DNA of 51,302 nt, taken from positions 1 to 51,302 of the forward strand of contig JAIRXT010000206.1 in NCBI GenBank assembly GCA_031268125.1. The letters run 5' to 3'. Positions 1 through 7,924 of this stretch are shown here, one piece after another. Position 1 is the stretch's first letter. Each line of letters begins with the position of its first letter. The position numbers and the translations under genes are program-made. Source of the stretch: Treponema sp. GTDB lineage: Bacteria > Spirochaetota > Spirochaetia > Treponematales > Breznakiellaceae. The notes under the pieces were generated by a model that searched no databases, had not been told where the DNA came from, and saw only the letters and a program-made list of their open reading frames with translations.

Positions 1-259
1 GATCGGTTATATGCCGGTCTAATAATGCGAAAAGCACGTCATGCCGGATATTATCAAAATACTTTGAAAAATCAATCAAAAGGGCATAGCCTTTGTTGGA
101 GAAACCGTTCCGGCGGTAAAATCTGCACAGGCGGGTGATAAGGCGGCGTAGGGCGAAATGAACTCCTTTTCCCCTTACGGATGCGCCGTTATCATGGATG
201 TAACTGTCAATTAAAGCGCAGGTACGGCTATATTCTTTTACGCGACAAAATACTATATT
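1..259 (-). pseudogene. 5'-truncated reverse transcriptase (RNA-directed DNA polymerase) fragment, continues off the left window edge
   Basis: The minus-strand frame is open from 259 to 1. It reads NIVFCRVKEYSRTCALIDSYIHDNGASVRGKGVHFALRRLITRLCRFYRRNGFSNKGYALLIDFSKYFDNIRHDVLFALLDRHITD. LIDFSKYFDNIRHDVL fits RT motif 2 (hDhxxFFDxIxH). SY..GxxxGKGxHxAL fits the preceding block of DGR/retron-like RTs. An in-frame TAA lies at 260-262 and there is no ATG/GTG/TTG, so motif 1 and the N-terminus are missing. Not in the ORF track. Confidence 0.5.
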
Positions 260-269
260 TTAGGTAATA

Positions 270-1298
270 ATGACCTTTAAAGAAATTGCCGAACTGGCGA
301 ATGTTTCCATCGGAACCGTGGACAGGGTAATCTACAAGCGGGGCCGGGTGGCAGCGGAAACCAGGGCGAGAATTGAAGCAATAATTGAAAAATATCAGTT
401 TACCCCAAACCCCATAGCCCGGCGGCTGAAACGGAACCGGGCCTACCAGTTTTGCGCTTTTCTGCCCCGGCGGGATCAGGATGCCGGTTATTGGAGCCAG
501 GCGCTGGAAGGAATACAGGAAGGGGCCAAGGAGATCGCTCCTTTGGGGGTGGAAACGGAAATTATTGAGTATGATCGTTACGATATCCGGGGGTTCCGCC
601 GTGCTGCCGCTTCTTTGCTGGCGAAGAAGCCCGACGGGATAATCTTATCCCCCGTAATGCCTGAAAAAATCAAGGGCCTGATAGCGAAAATTCAGGGCGG
701 CGGTATCCCCTGTGTTTTTTTTGATGCCGAGCTTCCCGGCGCGAATCCCCTCTGCGCCATTGGGCAGGATTCTTTCCGGGGAGGCTATCTGGCGGGGCGG
801 CTGATGCGCCTTTTGGCGGGCAAGATTATACATCCCGTGGGGGTCCTGGATGCCCATGGGGAAGATTACCACATTACCCGGCGGCGGGACGGCTTTTTAC
901 GGTACTCGGAGGAGCAGGGTTTTCCCACAGTGGTACGGGAATATTTCGGCTATAAAGGAGTTGAAATATCGGTTGATGAAATTGCCTTTTTTCTGAAGGA
1001 AAATCCCGATCTGACGGGTATTTTTATCACCAATTGTATGGCGCACCGTGTCGCGGAAGCGGTAAAACAGGAAAAAAGAAAGGAGCCTTTTATCCTGGTG
1101 GGTTACGATCTTATCCCCAAAAACCGGGAACTTCTGCGGGACGGTGGAATAGACGCGGTTATTTCCCAGAGGCCGGAGGAACAAGGGCGGCAGGCTTTGT
1201 TGAACCTATACCGGCATATCGTGCTGGAACAACAGATTCCCCTGCAAATAGAAATACCCCTTGACGTATATATTAAAGAAAATATTCCCGCCGGGTAA
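270..1298 (+). CDS. LacI/GalR-family transcriptional regulator
   Basis: N-terminal HTH MTFKEIAELANVSIGTVDRVIYKRGRV, followed by a periplasmic-binding-protein-like sugar-binding core. Sits directly upstream of a sugar ABC operon. Confidence 0.9.
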   Translation: MTFKEIAELANVSIGTVDRVIYKRGRVAAETRARIEAIIEKYQFTPNPIARRLKRNRAYQFCAFLPRRDQDAGYWSQALEGIQEGAKEIAPLGVETEIIEYDRYDIRGFRRAAASLLAKKPDGIILSPVMPEKIKGLIAKIQGGGIPCVFFDAELPGANPLCAIGQDSFRGGYLAGRLMRLLAGKIIHPVGVLDAHGEDYHITRRRDGFLRYSEEQGFPTVVREYFGYKGVEISVDEIAFFLKENPDLTGIFITNCMAHRVAEAVKQEKRKEPFILVGYDLIPKNRELLRDGGIDAVISQRPEEQGRQALLNLYRHIVLEQQIPLQIEIPLDVYIKENIPAG

Positions 1299-1416
1299 TT
1301 GAAAACTTGGCGGATGAAAAAGGCATAAAAGACGGCCGTCCCAGAGCCGCGAACCGAAGATTCCGCGGAGATAGTATGATTTCTGATTTTTTTATAAATT
1401 TCCGCGGATTTTTTCC

Positions 1417-1445
1417 TTGACAGACTGCAAAAGCGGATGTATCCT
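1417..1445 (+). promoter_or_regulatory. sigma70-like promoter of the sugar ABC operon
   Basis: TTGACA (1417-1422), 17-bp spacer, TATCCT (1440-1445). Confidence 0.5.
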
Positions 1446-1454
1446 GCTCTTAAA

Positions 1455-1472
1455 TGCGTGGACGTTAACGCA
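1455..1472 (+). promoter_or_regulatory. candidate LacI-family operator
   Basis: Imperfect 18-bp palindrome TGCGTGGAC/GTTAACGCA (7 of 9 symmetric positions), starting 10 bp after the -10 box. Confidence 0.4.
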
Positions 1473-1563
1473 AAGAAACCTTGTGTCTTCGGTTTTAACG
1501 AGGAAAGGGGCTAATTTACGTGTACGATACCGCATAATCAATTCAATGTTATAGGAGGAAGAA

Positions 1564-2655
1564 ATGAAAAAAATGATTCTGGTGCTTCTGGCCCTGTCCG
1601 CTGCAGTTTCCGTGTTTGCGGGCGGAAAAAGCCAGGCGCAAAGCGGTAGCGGGAAGGGCCTTGTCGGCGTGGTAATGCCCACCCGCTCGGAGGAACGCTG
1701 GATTAAAGACGGCAATGCCGTCAAAGAGGGGCTGGAAAAATTAGGGTATGCCGTGGATCTGCAGTATTCGGATGACGATATTGCCACCCAAACCCGCCAG
1801 ATTGACGACATGATCACCAAGGGGGTTAAGATTCTGGTTATTGCGTCCATCGACGGTTCGGCCCTTTCCAACCAGCTTGCGAATGCCGCGGCGGCCAAAA
1901 TTCCCGTCATCTCCTATGACCGGCTTCTGATGCAGTCCCCCAATGTGGACTACTATGTTTCCTTTGACAATTACAAAGTCGGCGGGCAGATGGGCGACAT
2001 TCTGATTACGGGTCTCAAACTGGATCAGGCTGCCGCCGCGAATCCGGTGATTATCGAGTTGTTCGCCGGTTCTCCGGACGATAACAACTCTGTCGGGTTC
2101 TATCAGGGCGCAATGGACAAGCTCAAACCCTACTTCGATAAAGGGGCGCTTAGAGTACCGTCCGGCCAGATTGACCGGGCCGTTGTCGGTACCCTGCGCT
2201 GGGACGCTGCGGAAGCCCAGAAGCGTATGGAGAATCTGCTTTCGGCGTATTATTCCGGCAATGTGGTGCTGAACGGCATTCTGTCTCCCTATGATCCTAT
2301 CAGCCTGTCGGCGCTGGAAGCCTGTAAAGCCGTTGGTTATGGCAGCACTCCCGGCAAGCCGCTTCCGGTGGTGGGCGGTCAGGACTGTATCGTCGCCTCC
2401 GTTAAGTCGATTCTTGCCGGCGAGCAGTACGCTACAGTGTTGAAAGACACCCGCTCCCTGGGAGCCGCTACGGTTACCTTGGTAGATACCCTTATGCAGG
2501 GCAAGACGCCCACGGGCCTGGACACTTCAAGCTACAACAACGGCGCCAAAATAGTTCCCTCCCTGCTGCTTGATTCCGTTATTGTTACCAAAGATAATGT
2601 CCAAAAGGATGTGATCGATACCGGCTATCATACCAGGGCAGAGCTTGGCCTGTAG
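1564..2655 (+). CDS. Sugar ABC transporter substrate-binding protein (ChvE/XylF-like, multiple-monosaccharide type)
   Basis: Signal peptide MKKMILVLLALSAAVSVFAGG. Type I sugar-binding fold (GVVMPTRSEERWIKDG, VISYDRL). AGGAGG Shine-Dalgarno upstream. Confidence 0.85.
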   Translation: MKKMILVLLALSAAVSVFAGGKSQAQSGSGKGLVGVVMPTRSEERWIKDGNAVKEGLEKLGYAVDLQYSDDDIATQTRQIDDMITKGVKILVIASIDGSALSNQLANAAAAKIPVISYDRLLMQSPNVDYYVSFDNYKVGGQMGDILITGLKLDQAAAANPVIIELFAGSPDDNNSVGFYQGAMDKLKPYFDKGALRVPSGQIDRAVVGTLRWDAAEAQKRMENLLSAYYSGNVVLNGILSPYDPISLSALEACKAVGYGSTPGKPLPVVGGQDCIVASVKSILAGEQYATVLKDTRSLGAATVTLVDTLMQGKTPTGLDTSSYNNGAKIVPSLLLDSVIVTKDNVQKDVIDTGYHTRAELGL

Positions 2656-2677
2656 GCAGCGCAACAAATCCCAGGGG

Positions 2678-2723
2678 CCGGTTCCGCGGATCGTTCATCC
2701 GATGGAACCGGTTTTTGTTTTTT
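2678..2723 (+). terminator. Intra-operon rho-independent terminator/attenuator after the binding-protein gene
   Basis: Stem CCGGTTCC-G-CGGAT, loop cgttc, ATCCG-AT-GGAACCGG, followed by TTTTTGTTTTTT. Confidence 0.7.
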
Positions 2724-2737
2724 CCTTACTTTAGAGG

Positions 2738-2765
2738 CTTTCCCAAAACTTTAGTTTTGGGAAAG
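2738..2765. repeat. REP-like palindrome, copy 1 (family P1)
   Basis: CTTTCCCAAAACT tt AGTTTTGGGAAAG, perfect 13-bp arms. Related copies at 10975-11005 and 41166-41195. Confidence 0.8.
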
Positions 2766-2793
2766 TTATCTTAAATTGTAAAGGAGTGTTTGT

Positions 2794-4341
2794 ATGTCCG
2801 ATCAAGCCGCTTTGCTTGAAATGAAAAGTATCACCAAAACTTTTCCCGGAGTAGTGGCTCTGGACAACGTCAATCTCAGGGTACGCCGGCGGGAAATACA
2901 CGCCCTGGTGGGGGAAAACGGAGCGGGAAAATCTACCCTGATGAAGGTTCTGTCCGGTGTATATCCCCATGGCATGTATGAAGGTGAGATTGTGTTTGAA
3001 GATGTTCCCTGCGCCTTTGCCGGCATCAAACAAAGTGAAAAGGCCGGTATTGTGATCATTCATCAGGAGCTGGCCCTTAGTCCCTATCTTTCCATAATGG
3101 AAAATATTTTTCTGGGGGATGAACGGGCAAAATACAATATTATTAACTGGGAAAAAACGCGGGAAGACGCGCTGCTATATATGCGGAAATTGGGGCTGCA
3201 TGAAAACCCCGCCATGCCGGTAAACAAACTAGGGGTAGGTAAACAGCAGCTTGTGGAAATCGCCAAAGCCCTGGCAAAGGACGCCAAGATTCTGATTCTG
3301 GACGAGCCTACCTCGGCGCTTAACGAAAATGACAGCCAGCATCTACTCCAAATTCTGCGGGAACTTCGGGACCAGCATAATATCTCATCGGTGCTGATTT
3401 CCCATAAGCTGAACGAAGTAGCGGAAGTGGCGGACCGCATCACCATTTTGCGGGACGGCAAAACTATTGAGACCCTGGACGTGGAACGAGACTCTAACGG
3501 CCGGGCGTCAATCAGTGAAGATCGTATTATCAAGGGTATGGTAGGCCGGGAAATTACCGACCGATTCCCCAAACGGAACAATCTCCCCGGCGATGTCGTT
3601 TTTGAGGTGAAGAACTGGACCGTCTATAATCCTGACAATCCTGAGCGGAAAAAGCTGGACAATGTGCATATTACCGTCCGCGCCGGGGAGGTGGTAGGGC
3701 TGGCCGGTCTTGTGGGTGCCGGGCGCACCGAATTGGCTACCAGCATCTTCGGCAAGTATTACGGCGAGAATATCAGCGGGCAGACCCTGATCGATGGTAA
3801 AGAGGTGAACCTCAATTCCATCCCCAGAGCAATTGAACAGGGCTTGGCCTACCTAACCGAAGACCGGAAAGAATTCGGCCTGGTGCTGATTGGAACCGTC
3901 AAGGAAAATACCACCCTGGCAAAGCTGAAGAAAATTGCCAAAGGCAGCGTTATTAACGAGAGCGAAGAAATAGCCGCGGCGGAGGAGTACCGGAAAAAAC
4001 TGAACACCAAAACGCCGTCAATTTTGCAGCTTGTGGGAAACCTTTCCGGGGGAAATCAACAAAAAGTGGCGCTGGCCAAGTGGCTTTTTTCCGATCCCCG
4101 CGTTCTCATTCTGGATGAGCCGACCCGCGGCATTGATGTGGGGGCTAAACACGAAATCTATACGATTATTAATAACCTGGCGGCCCAGGGCATAGCCTGT
4201 GTGCTGATATCCAGTGAAATGCCGGAAATCATCGGCATGAGCGACAGGATCTATGTGATGAGCGAAGGGCGGATTACCGCGGAATTGCAGGGTAAAACTG
4301 CGACACAGGAAGAAATCATGGGACATATTCTGTCCAATTAG
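2794..4341 (+). CDS. Sugar ABC transporter ATP-binding protein (duplicated ATPase, GguA/XylG-like)
   Basis: Two Walker A motifs (GENGAGKST, GLVGAGRTE), two signature motifs (LGVGKQQLVEIAKAL, LSGGNQQKVALAKWL), two Walker B motifs (ILILDEPT, VLILDEPT). Confidence 0.93.
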   Translation: MSDQAALLEMKSITKTFPGVVALDNVNLRVRRREIHALVGENGAGKSTLMKVLSGVYPHGMYEGEIVFEDVPCAFAGIKQSEKAGIVIIHQELALSPYLSIMENIFLGDERAKYNIINWEKTREDALLYMRKLGLHENPAMPVNKLGVGKQQLVEIAKALAKDAKILILDEPTSALNENDSQHLLQILRELRDQHNISSVLISHKLNEVAEVADRITILRDGKTIETLDVERDSNGRASISEDRIIKGMVGREITDRFPKRNNLPGDVVFEVKNWTVYNPDNPERKKLDNVHITVRAGEVVGLAGLVGAGRTELATSIFGKYYGENISGQTLIDGKEVNLNSIPRAIEQGLAYLTEDRKEFGLVLIGTVKENTTLAKLKKIAKGSVINESEEIAAAEEYRKKLNTKTPSILQLVGNLSGGNQQKVALAKWLFSDPRVLILDEPTRGIDVGAKHEIYTIINNLAAQGIACVLISSEMPEIIGMSDRIYVMSEGRITAELQGKTATQEEIMGHILSN

Positions 4342-4356
4342 AGGCACGGAGGAGCA

Positions 4357-5541
4357 ATGATGAATAACTTATTTACGCTGTTAAAGAAAAATTCACGGCA
4401 ATACGGTATGGTCATCGCCCTGGCGGTGGCAATGATTTTTTTCGGTATCCTGACCAATGGTATTTTTTTCCGGCCCGTGAACCTGACAAACCTGGTGCTG
4501 CAAAACAGCTATGTGCTTATACTGGCGGTGGGTATGCTGCTCTGTACCCTCACCGGAAATGTTGATCTTTCCGTGGGCTCTATCGTCTGTTTTGTGGGGG
4601 CGGTGTGCGGGGTGATGATTGTGGATATGCACATGAACCCCTTCCTGACCATGTTCATCGCCGTACTTATGGGCGCGGTAATTGGTATGTGGCAGGGGTT
4701 CTGGATTGCCTTTGTCCATGTGCCTCCCTTTATCGCTACCCTGGCGGGAATGCTGATGTTCCGCGGTCTGGGGCAGGTTATCATGCAGGGACAGACCAAG
4801 GCGCCCTTTCCCAAGGAATTTCAGGTTATAGCTTCCGGTTATATTCCCGATCCCCTGGGGGGGCTTGCCATAGGCGGTGCAACACTCCATCTCTTTACTG
4901 TTGTCATTGGCCTGGCGATTGTGGCATTTATTATCGCAAACGAGATTCATAAACGCAAAAAACAAAAGAAATATAGTTTTGATTTGATGCCCCAGGGTAT
5001 TTGGATACTCAAGTTGGCGGCCATTGCCATAGCCCTTATGGCTTTTACCATCGTGTTTGCCCTCTACCGGGGGTTGCCGAATATTTTAGTGCTTCTGGGG
5101 TTCCTCATTGTGGGGTATCAGTTCGTTGCATCCAGGACGGTGCAGGGCCGTCATATTTATGCTCTGGGGGGCAACGCCAGGGCCGCAAAACTTTCGGGGG
5201 TCAAAACCGAATGGGTAATGTTCTGGATATACACCAATATGGCGATACTTGCTTCCATAGCGGCCCTGGTTTTTGCCGCCCGCCTGAATGCGGCCACGCC
5301 GAAGGCGGGCCAGAACTTCGAGATGGACGCCATTGCCGCCTGTTATGTGGGCGGTTCCGCGGTATCCGGCGGCATAGGGACCATCATCGGGGCGGTGGTG
5401 GGCGGCCTCTTTATCGGCGTTCTGAATAACGGTATGTCCATCCTGGGGGTCAGTACCGACTGGCAGCAGGCGATTAAAGGTTTTGTTCTGCTAGCGGCGG
5501 TTGCGTTTGACCTGTATTCAAAACGGAGAACTTCAAAATAG
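4357..5541 (+). CDS. Sugar ABC transporter permease (GguB/XylH-like)
   Basis: Polytopic membrane protein of XylH-like length (394 aa). Follows the ATPase gene by 15 nt, with a GGAGGAG Shine-Dalgarno. Confidence 0.88.
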   Translation: MMNNLFTLLKKNSRQYGMVIALAVAMIFFGILTNGIFFRPVNLTNLVLQNSYVLILAVGMLLCTLTGNVDLSVGSIVCFVGAVCGVMIVDMHMNPFLTMFIAVLMGAVIGMWQGFWIAFVHVPPFIATLAGMLMFRGLGQVIMQGQTKAPFPKEFQVIASGYIPDPLGGLAIGGATLHLFTVVIGLAIVAFIIANEIHKRKKQKKYSFDLMPQGIWILKLAAIAIALMAFTIVFALYRGLPNILVLLGFLIVGYQFVASRTVQGRHIYALGGNARAAKLSGVKTEWVMFWIYTNMAILASIAALVFAARLNAATPKAGQNFEMDAIAACYVGGSAVSGGIGTIIGAVVGGLFIGVLNNGMSILGVSTDWQQAIKGFVLLAAVAFDLYSKRRTSK

Positions 5542-5542
5542 C

Positions 5543-5719
5543 ATGGCGGAAACTATGGAAACGGCAAGAAACACGATTGCTACGGGGAAAACGTTTCTTG
5601 GCATTGAGCTTGGCTCTACCCGGATCAAGGCCGTCCTTATTGGTAAGGATTTCACGCCTCTGGCAGCGGGTGGAGTTAAAAGCCTACACCCTGGCGGGGT
5701 TTATCCTCTGGTACGATGA
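5543..5719 (+). pseudogene. Truncated FGGY-family carbohydrate kinase (N-terminal ~50 aa only)
   Basis: [44 protein letters not shown] carries the phosphate-1 motif of FGGY/actin-like sugar kinases. The frame stops after 58 codons, and no kinase body is seen in any frame downstream. Confidence 0.6.
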
Positions 5720-5746
5720 GTTTGAGGAGGACGTGTTTAGCAATGG

Positions 5747-5833
5747 CAGAAATGTATGCCGGAAGCAAGTTCATGGGGTCCTGCGGGGGCAAAAACACCG
5801 CGCAGGGCGGTGGATTTTTTTCCCCCGGCACCC
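5747..5833. repeat. Hairpin repeat element, copy A (family P2)
   Basis: The core AACACCGCGCAGGGCGGTGGATTTTTTTCCCCCGGCACCC (5794-5833) is about 90% identical to the reverse complement of 41249-41287. TATGCCGGAAGCAAG (5755-5769) matches the reverse complement of 41288-41302. CAGAAATGTATGCC is shared in direct orientation with 41226-41239. Folds as GGGGG(C)AAAAA-CACCGC/GCGGTG-TTTTT..CCCCC. Confidence 0.75.
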
Positions 5834-5847
5834 AGTAATATATTTTT

Positions 5848-6087
5848 TTAACTGACCCGCTGATAATACACCGGCTTATGGACCTTCCAGAAATCGATCC
5901 CCGACAGCAGCATCCCCCGATGTTCCACGCTCAACTCTTCAACGGCCCCGGCGTTCTCAGACCACGGATACTTCTCCTTCTCAAGCCGTTTCTGGCTCAG
6001 CCAGAACCCTGTCCGATCCCGCCACACCGCTTTCAGCAGTTTCCTCCCCTCGCCCAGAAGCTCCCCCGCGAAGCGGGTTCTTGGGTA
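5848..6087 (-). mobile_element. IS66-family TnpB (Orf2) relic, C-terminal ~79 codons
   Basis: The minus frame between stops at 6088-6090 and 5848-5850 reads YPRTRFAGELLGEGRKLLKAVWRDRTGFWLSQKRLEKEKYPWSENAGAVEELSVEHRGMLLSGIDFWKVHKPVYYQRVS. This fits the IS66 Orf2 C-terminal pattern (..LK.L.WD..GFWL..KRLE.G.F.WP....L....L..LL.GID). No start codon, and no adjacent tnpA/tnpC. Absent from the ORF track. Confidence 0.7.
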
Positions 6088-6127
6088 TTAGACCCCCTTC
6101 GAATAAAAAGGTTGTCGAACAAGTCCA

Positions 6128-6931
6128 CTAACGGCGCAGACCATCCCCCAAAAGGTTGATTCCAAAGATCGTCAAAGCCATGCAGAGGCCGGGGAACAGG
6201 ATCATCCAGGGAGCGCTGTACATCACCGTCTGCCCCTCCTGGAGGATGTTCCCCCAGCTTGGCTGCGGCGGGGGGATTCCGGCCCCCAGAAAACTCAGGG
6301 CCCCCTCTATGAGCATGGCCTGGGCGCAGGTAAAACTGAACTGGGCGGCCAGCGGAGACAGAATATTCGGCAGAACATGGAAAAAGAGAATCCGCCCCGG
6401 CCCGGCTCCCTGGATCTTCATCGCCTGAATATAGGGCTGTTCCCGGACAACCAGGACAAGGGACCGGACCAGCCGCGCCGTCACGGGGATAGAACAGAGG
6501 GTAAGGACAACGATCACCTGCACATAACTCCCCCCCAGAGCCGTCATCAGGGCAATGGATAAAAGCAGGGCGGGAATGGATCGAAGGGCATCACAAAAAC
6601 CAAACAGAAGGATTTCCGTAATCCTATTGACGCAGCCGTAAAGACCGGTAAGCAGGGCCAGGGCGGTGGAAAGGAGGCCGGCTGAAAAACCCAAACCCAG
6701 GGATATGCGCCCCCCCGCCAGTACCCTTGCCAGAAGATCCCGTCCCAGGGTATCGGTACCAAACCAATGCTCCGCCGATGGGGGCCGGAGCCTTTCGGCC
6801 ATATTGATCTGTTGGGCCGGGGCCTTCAAGAACAGGGAACCAGCGGTGGAAAAGAACAGCATCAATACAACAATCACGAATCCGGCCCTGCCCTGCCCGC
6901 GGCGGCATGTTCCGAAGGATGTTTTTTTCAT
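6128..6931 (-). CDS. Peptide/nickel ABC transporter permease (DppC/OppC-like)
   Basis: N-terminal HWFGTDTLGRDLLARVL motif and a BPD-transporter inner-membrane core. 4-nt overlap with the upstream permease gene. Confidence 0.88.
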   Translation of the reverse strand: MKKTSFGTCRRGQGRAGFVIVVLMLFFSTAGSLFLKAPAQQINMAERLRPPSAEHWFGTDTLGRDLLARVLAGGRISLGLGFSAGLLSTALALLTGLYGCVNRITEILLFGFCDALRSIPALLLSIALMTALGGSYVQVIVVLTLCSIPVTARLVRSLVLVVREQPYIQAMKIQGAGPGRILFFHVLPNILSPLAAQFSFTCAQAMLIEGALSFLGAGIPPPQPSWGNILQEGQTVMYSAPWMILFPGLCMALTIFGINLLGDGLRR

Positions 6932-7917
6932 CCGGCCTTCTTGTCCGCCGCCGCAATCCGGCTTCCGGGGCCGGCGGCAATCCTGATCCGCGGATCTACC
7001 AGAGCGCAGAGAAAATCGATCGCCAAGTTTAAGCCCTGGTTTATCAGAACAAACAGTAATACGATAGCCTGAATCACCGGGAGATCCCTCCGGCTTATCG
7101 AGGAAGCCGCCAGGGCGCCGATACCGGGAATTCCGAATACGGATTCCAGCACTGCGGCCCCCGTCAGGGCACCGATAAAACCCTGGCCCAAAACACTAAG
7201 TACCGGGGGTAGAATATTAGGAAGGGCATGACGCAGGGCCAGGATCACTGCGCCGGCCCCCTTCGACCTGGCGGCGCGGATATAATCGCCGTCAAGAACA
7301 TCCGCCAAACTTGACCGTATTATCCGGGCAAGCAGGGCCGCATATACAAGAGCCAGGGCGATCCCCGGCAGCGCTATGGAACGGAGGTGGGCCGCAATCC
7401 CCGCGGAAGGGGGAATATACAGGGCGGCGGGAAACCAGCGCAGTTTAACGGCAAAAACAAGAATCAGAAAAAGGCCCAGGAGAAAACCGGGAACCGATAC
7501 TCCCGTCAGGGTAACAACGGAGCAGACCAGATCCGCCAGACGCCCCCTTCGAAAAGCGGCGGTAATCCCCAGGGGAACGGCAATAAGAACACTGAGCAGC
7601 AGGGAAAAAAGGGCCAGGGAGACCGTAGGACCTATGCGGTCCGCGATGATTCCGGCTACCGGAAAACCGCCGGCAAAGGATTCCCCCAAATCCAGGCGGA
7701 GGACCCCCCTAAACCAGCGGACATAGCGTTCATGGAGGCTCAGGTCCAAGCCCATCCGCTCCCTCAAGGCAAGAACGTCTTCGGCGGCGGCATCGGGCCC
7801 CAGAATCAGCGCGGGAATATCTCCGGGAACCAAACATCCAATTCCAAAAACAATTACCGACACAAGGAACAACACCGGAAGACAGGCAAGAATCCTGTGA
7901 ATAAGATATTGTACCAT
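6928..7917 (-). CDS. Peptide/nickel ABC transporter permease (DppB/OppB-like)
   Basis: MVQYLIHRILACLPVLFLVSVIVF is a typical DppB N-terminus. The ORF track's longest ORF (to 7977) would overlap the binding-protein gene; ATG at 7917 is preferred. Confidence 0.85.
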   Translation of the reverse strand: MVQYLIHRILACLPVLFLVSVIVFGIGCLVPGDIPALILGPDAAAEDVLALRERMGLDLSLHERYVRWFRGVLRLDLGESFAGGFPVAGIIADRIGPTVSLALFSLLLSVLIAVPLGITAAFRRGRLADLVCSVVTLTGVSVPGFLLGLFLILVFAVKLRWFPAALYIPPSAGIAAHLRSIALPGIALALVYAALLARIIRSSLADVLDGDYIRAARSKGAGAVILALRHALPNILPPVLSVLGQGFIGALTGAAVLESVFGIPGIGALAASSISRRDLPVIQAIVLLFVLINQGLNLAIDFLCALVDPRIRIAAGPGSRIAAADKKAG

Positions 7918-7924
7918 AGGGCCG

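Noticed and set aside
5720-5847. Possible IS66 transposase (TnpC) C-terminal remnant on the minus strand (..GEKNPPPCAVFLPPQDPMNLLPAYISAIAKHVLLKL..).
   Set aside because: The resemblance to the RKNWLF...NGL.PY.YL..VL motif is too weak and needs frameshifts. The same DNA is better explained as the P2 hairpin repeat, which recurs at 41226-41302 without any IS context.
5878-6159. 93-aa plus-strand ORF.
   Set aside because: It is the antisense shadow of the IS66 TnpB relic and of the 3' end of the permease gene.
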